A stretch of 63,283 nt of DNA, counting the filler, from Octopus bimaculoides (lineage: Eukaryota), in NCBI RefSeq assembly GCF_001194135.2. It is 7 parts of 7 records of this genome, joined end to end, with 100 filler letters (N's around TTAATTAATTAA, not from the genome) between each part and the next. Parts side by side here need not be neighbours in the genome. Positions count along the whole stretch, not along the records: positions 62,137 to 63,283 come from NW_026410152.1; 6 more parts are not named here. The stretch is one strand, 5' to 3'. The notes below the pieces were generated by a model that did no database searches, was not told where the DNA came from, and saw only the letters and a program-made list of their open reading frames with translations. Of the stretch, positions 63,076 to 63,283 are shown piece by piece (within the stretch, counting starts at the first letter, position 1; every line of letters starts with the position of its first letter). The position numbers and the translations under genes were made by a program.

Positions 63076-63233
63076 TTATGACCAGCTCAGATGTATGGCC
63101 CACGCTACTAAAAGTTTCACACACACGGAACCATGTACGTTCTTTAGGCTGCCTGAAGAGCGTAAGAACGTACATGGAATCCATGTGCGTGAAACTTTTA
63201 GTAGCGTGGGCCATACATAGGAGGTGATCATAA
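63076..63233. repeat. Fold-back inverted repeat, arms about 69 bp, 19-nt loop
   Basis: ATGTATGGCCCACGCTACTAAAAGTTTCAC...TACGTTCTT pairs with AAGAACGTA...GTGAAACTTTTAGTAGCGTGGGCCATACAT. Confidence 0.9.
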
Positions 63234-63283
63234 AAATCTATCTATATATATACGTGTACATGTATGTATATATGTACGCATAT

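Overview
AT-rich, microsatellite-dense animal genomic DNA from a draft assembly, with roughly 8 kb of N. The SINE families and simple-repeat load suggest an octopus (inference, no database search run). Six identical 100-bp spacers (44 N + TTAATTAATTAA + 44 N) split the window into seven separately assembled blocks, so continuity across them is not guaranteed. Nearly all ORF-track entries are microsatellite or N artefacts. The only confidently recognisable host coding sequence is two minus-strand exons of an adhesion GPCR: a GPS motif with an intact HL|T site (60278-60427) and TM1 (58992-59098). The rest is dominated by mobile-element debris: tRNA-derived SINEs of three families, RTE, CR1-like and R4/Dong-like LINE fragments, Tc1 and mariner relics, and Helitron-related pieces. 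The most notable observations are (1) a structurally complete minimal hammerhead ribozyme in a Penelope-type repeat (5968-6013), (2) two homologous 22-nt candidate microexons with a conserved upstream intronic block, resembling mutually exclusive exons (52996-53017, 54221-54242), (3) nine long fold-back hairpins, including a folded-back LINE 3' end and a head-to-head Helitron-like palindrome, (4) a decayed 69-bp/23-aa STPR-like repeat ORF, and (5) a 3' tail shared between a LINE and a SINE family. No CRISPR array, rRNA or genuine tRNA was found.
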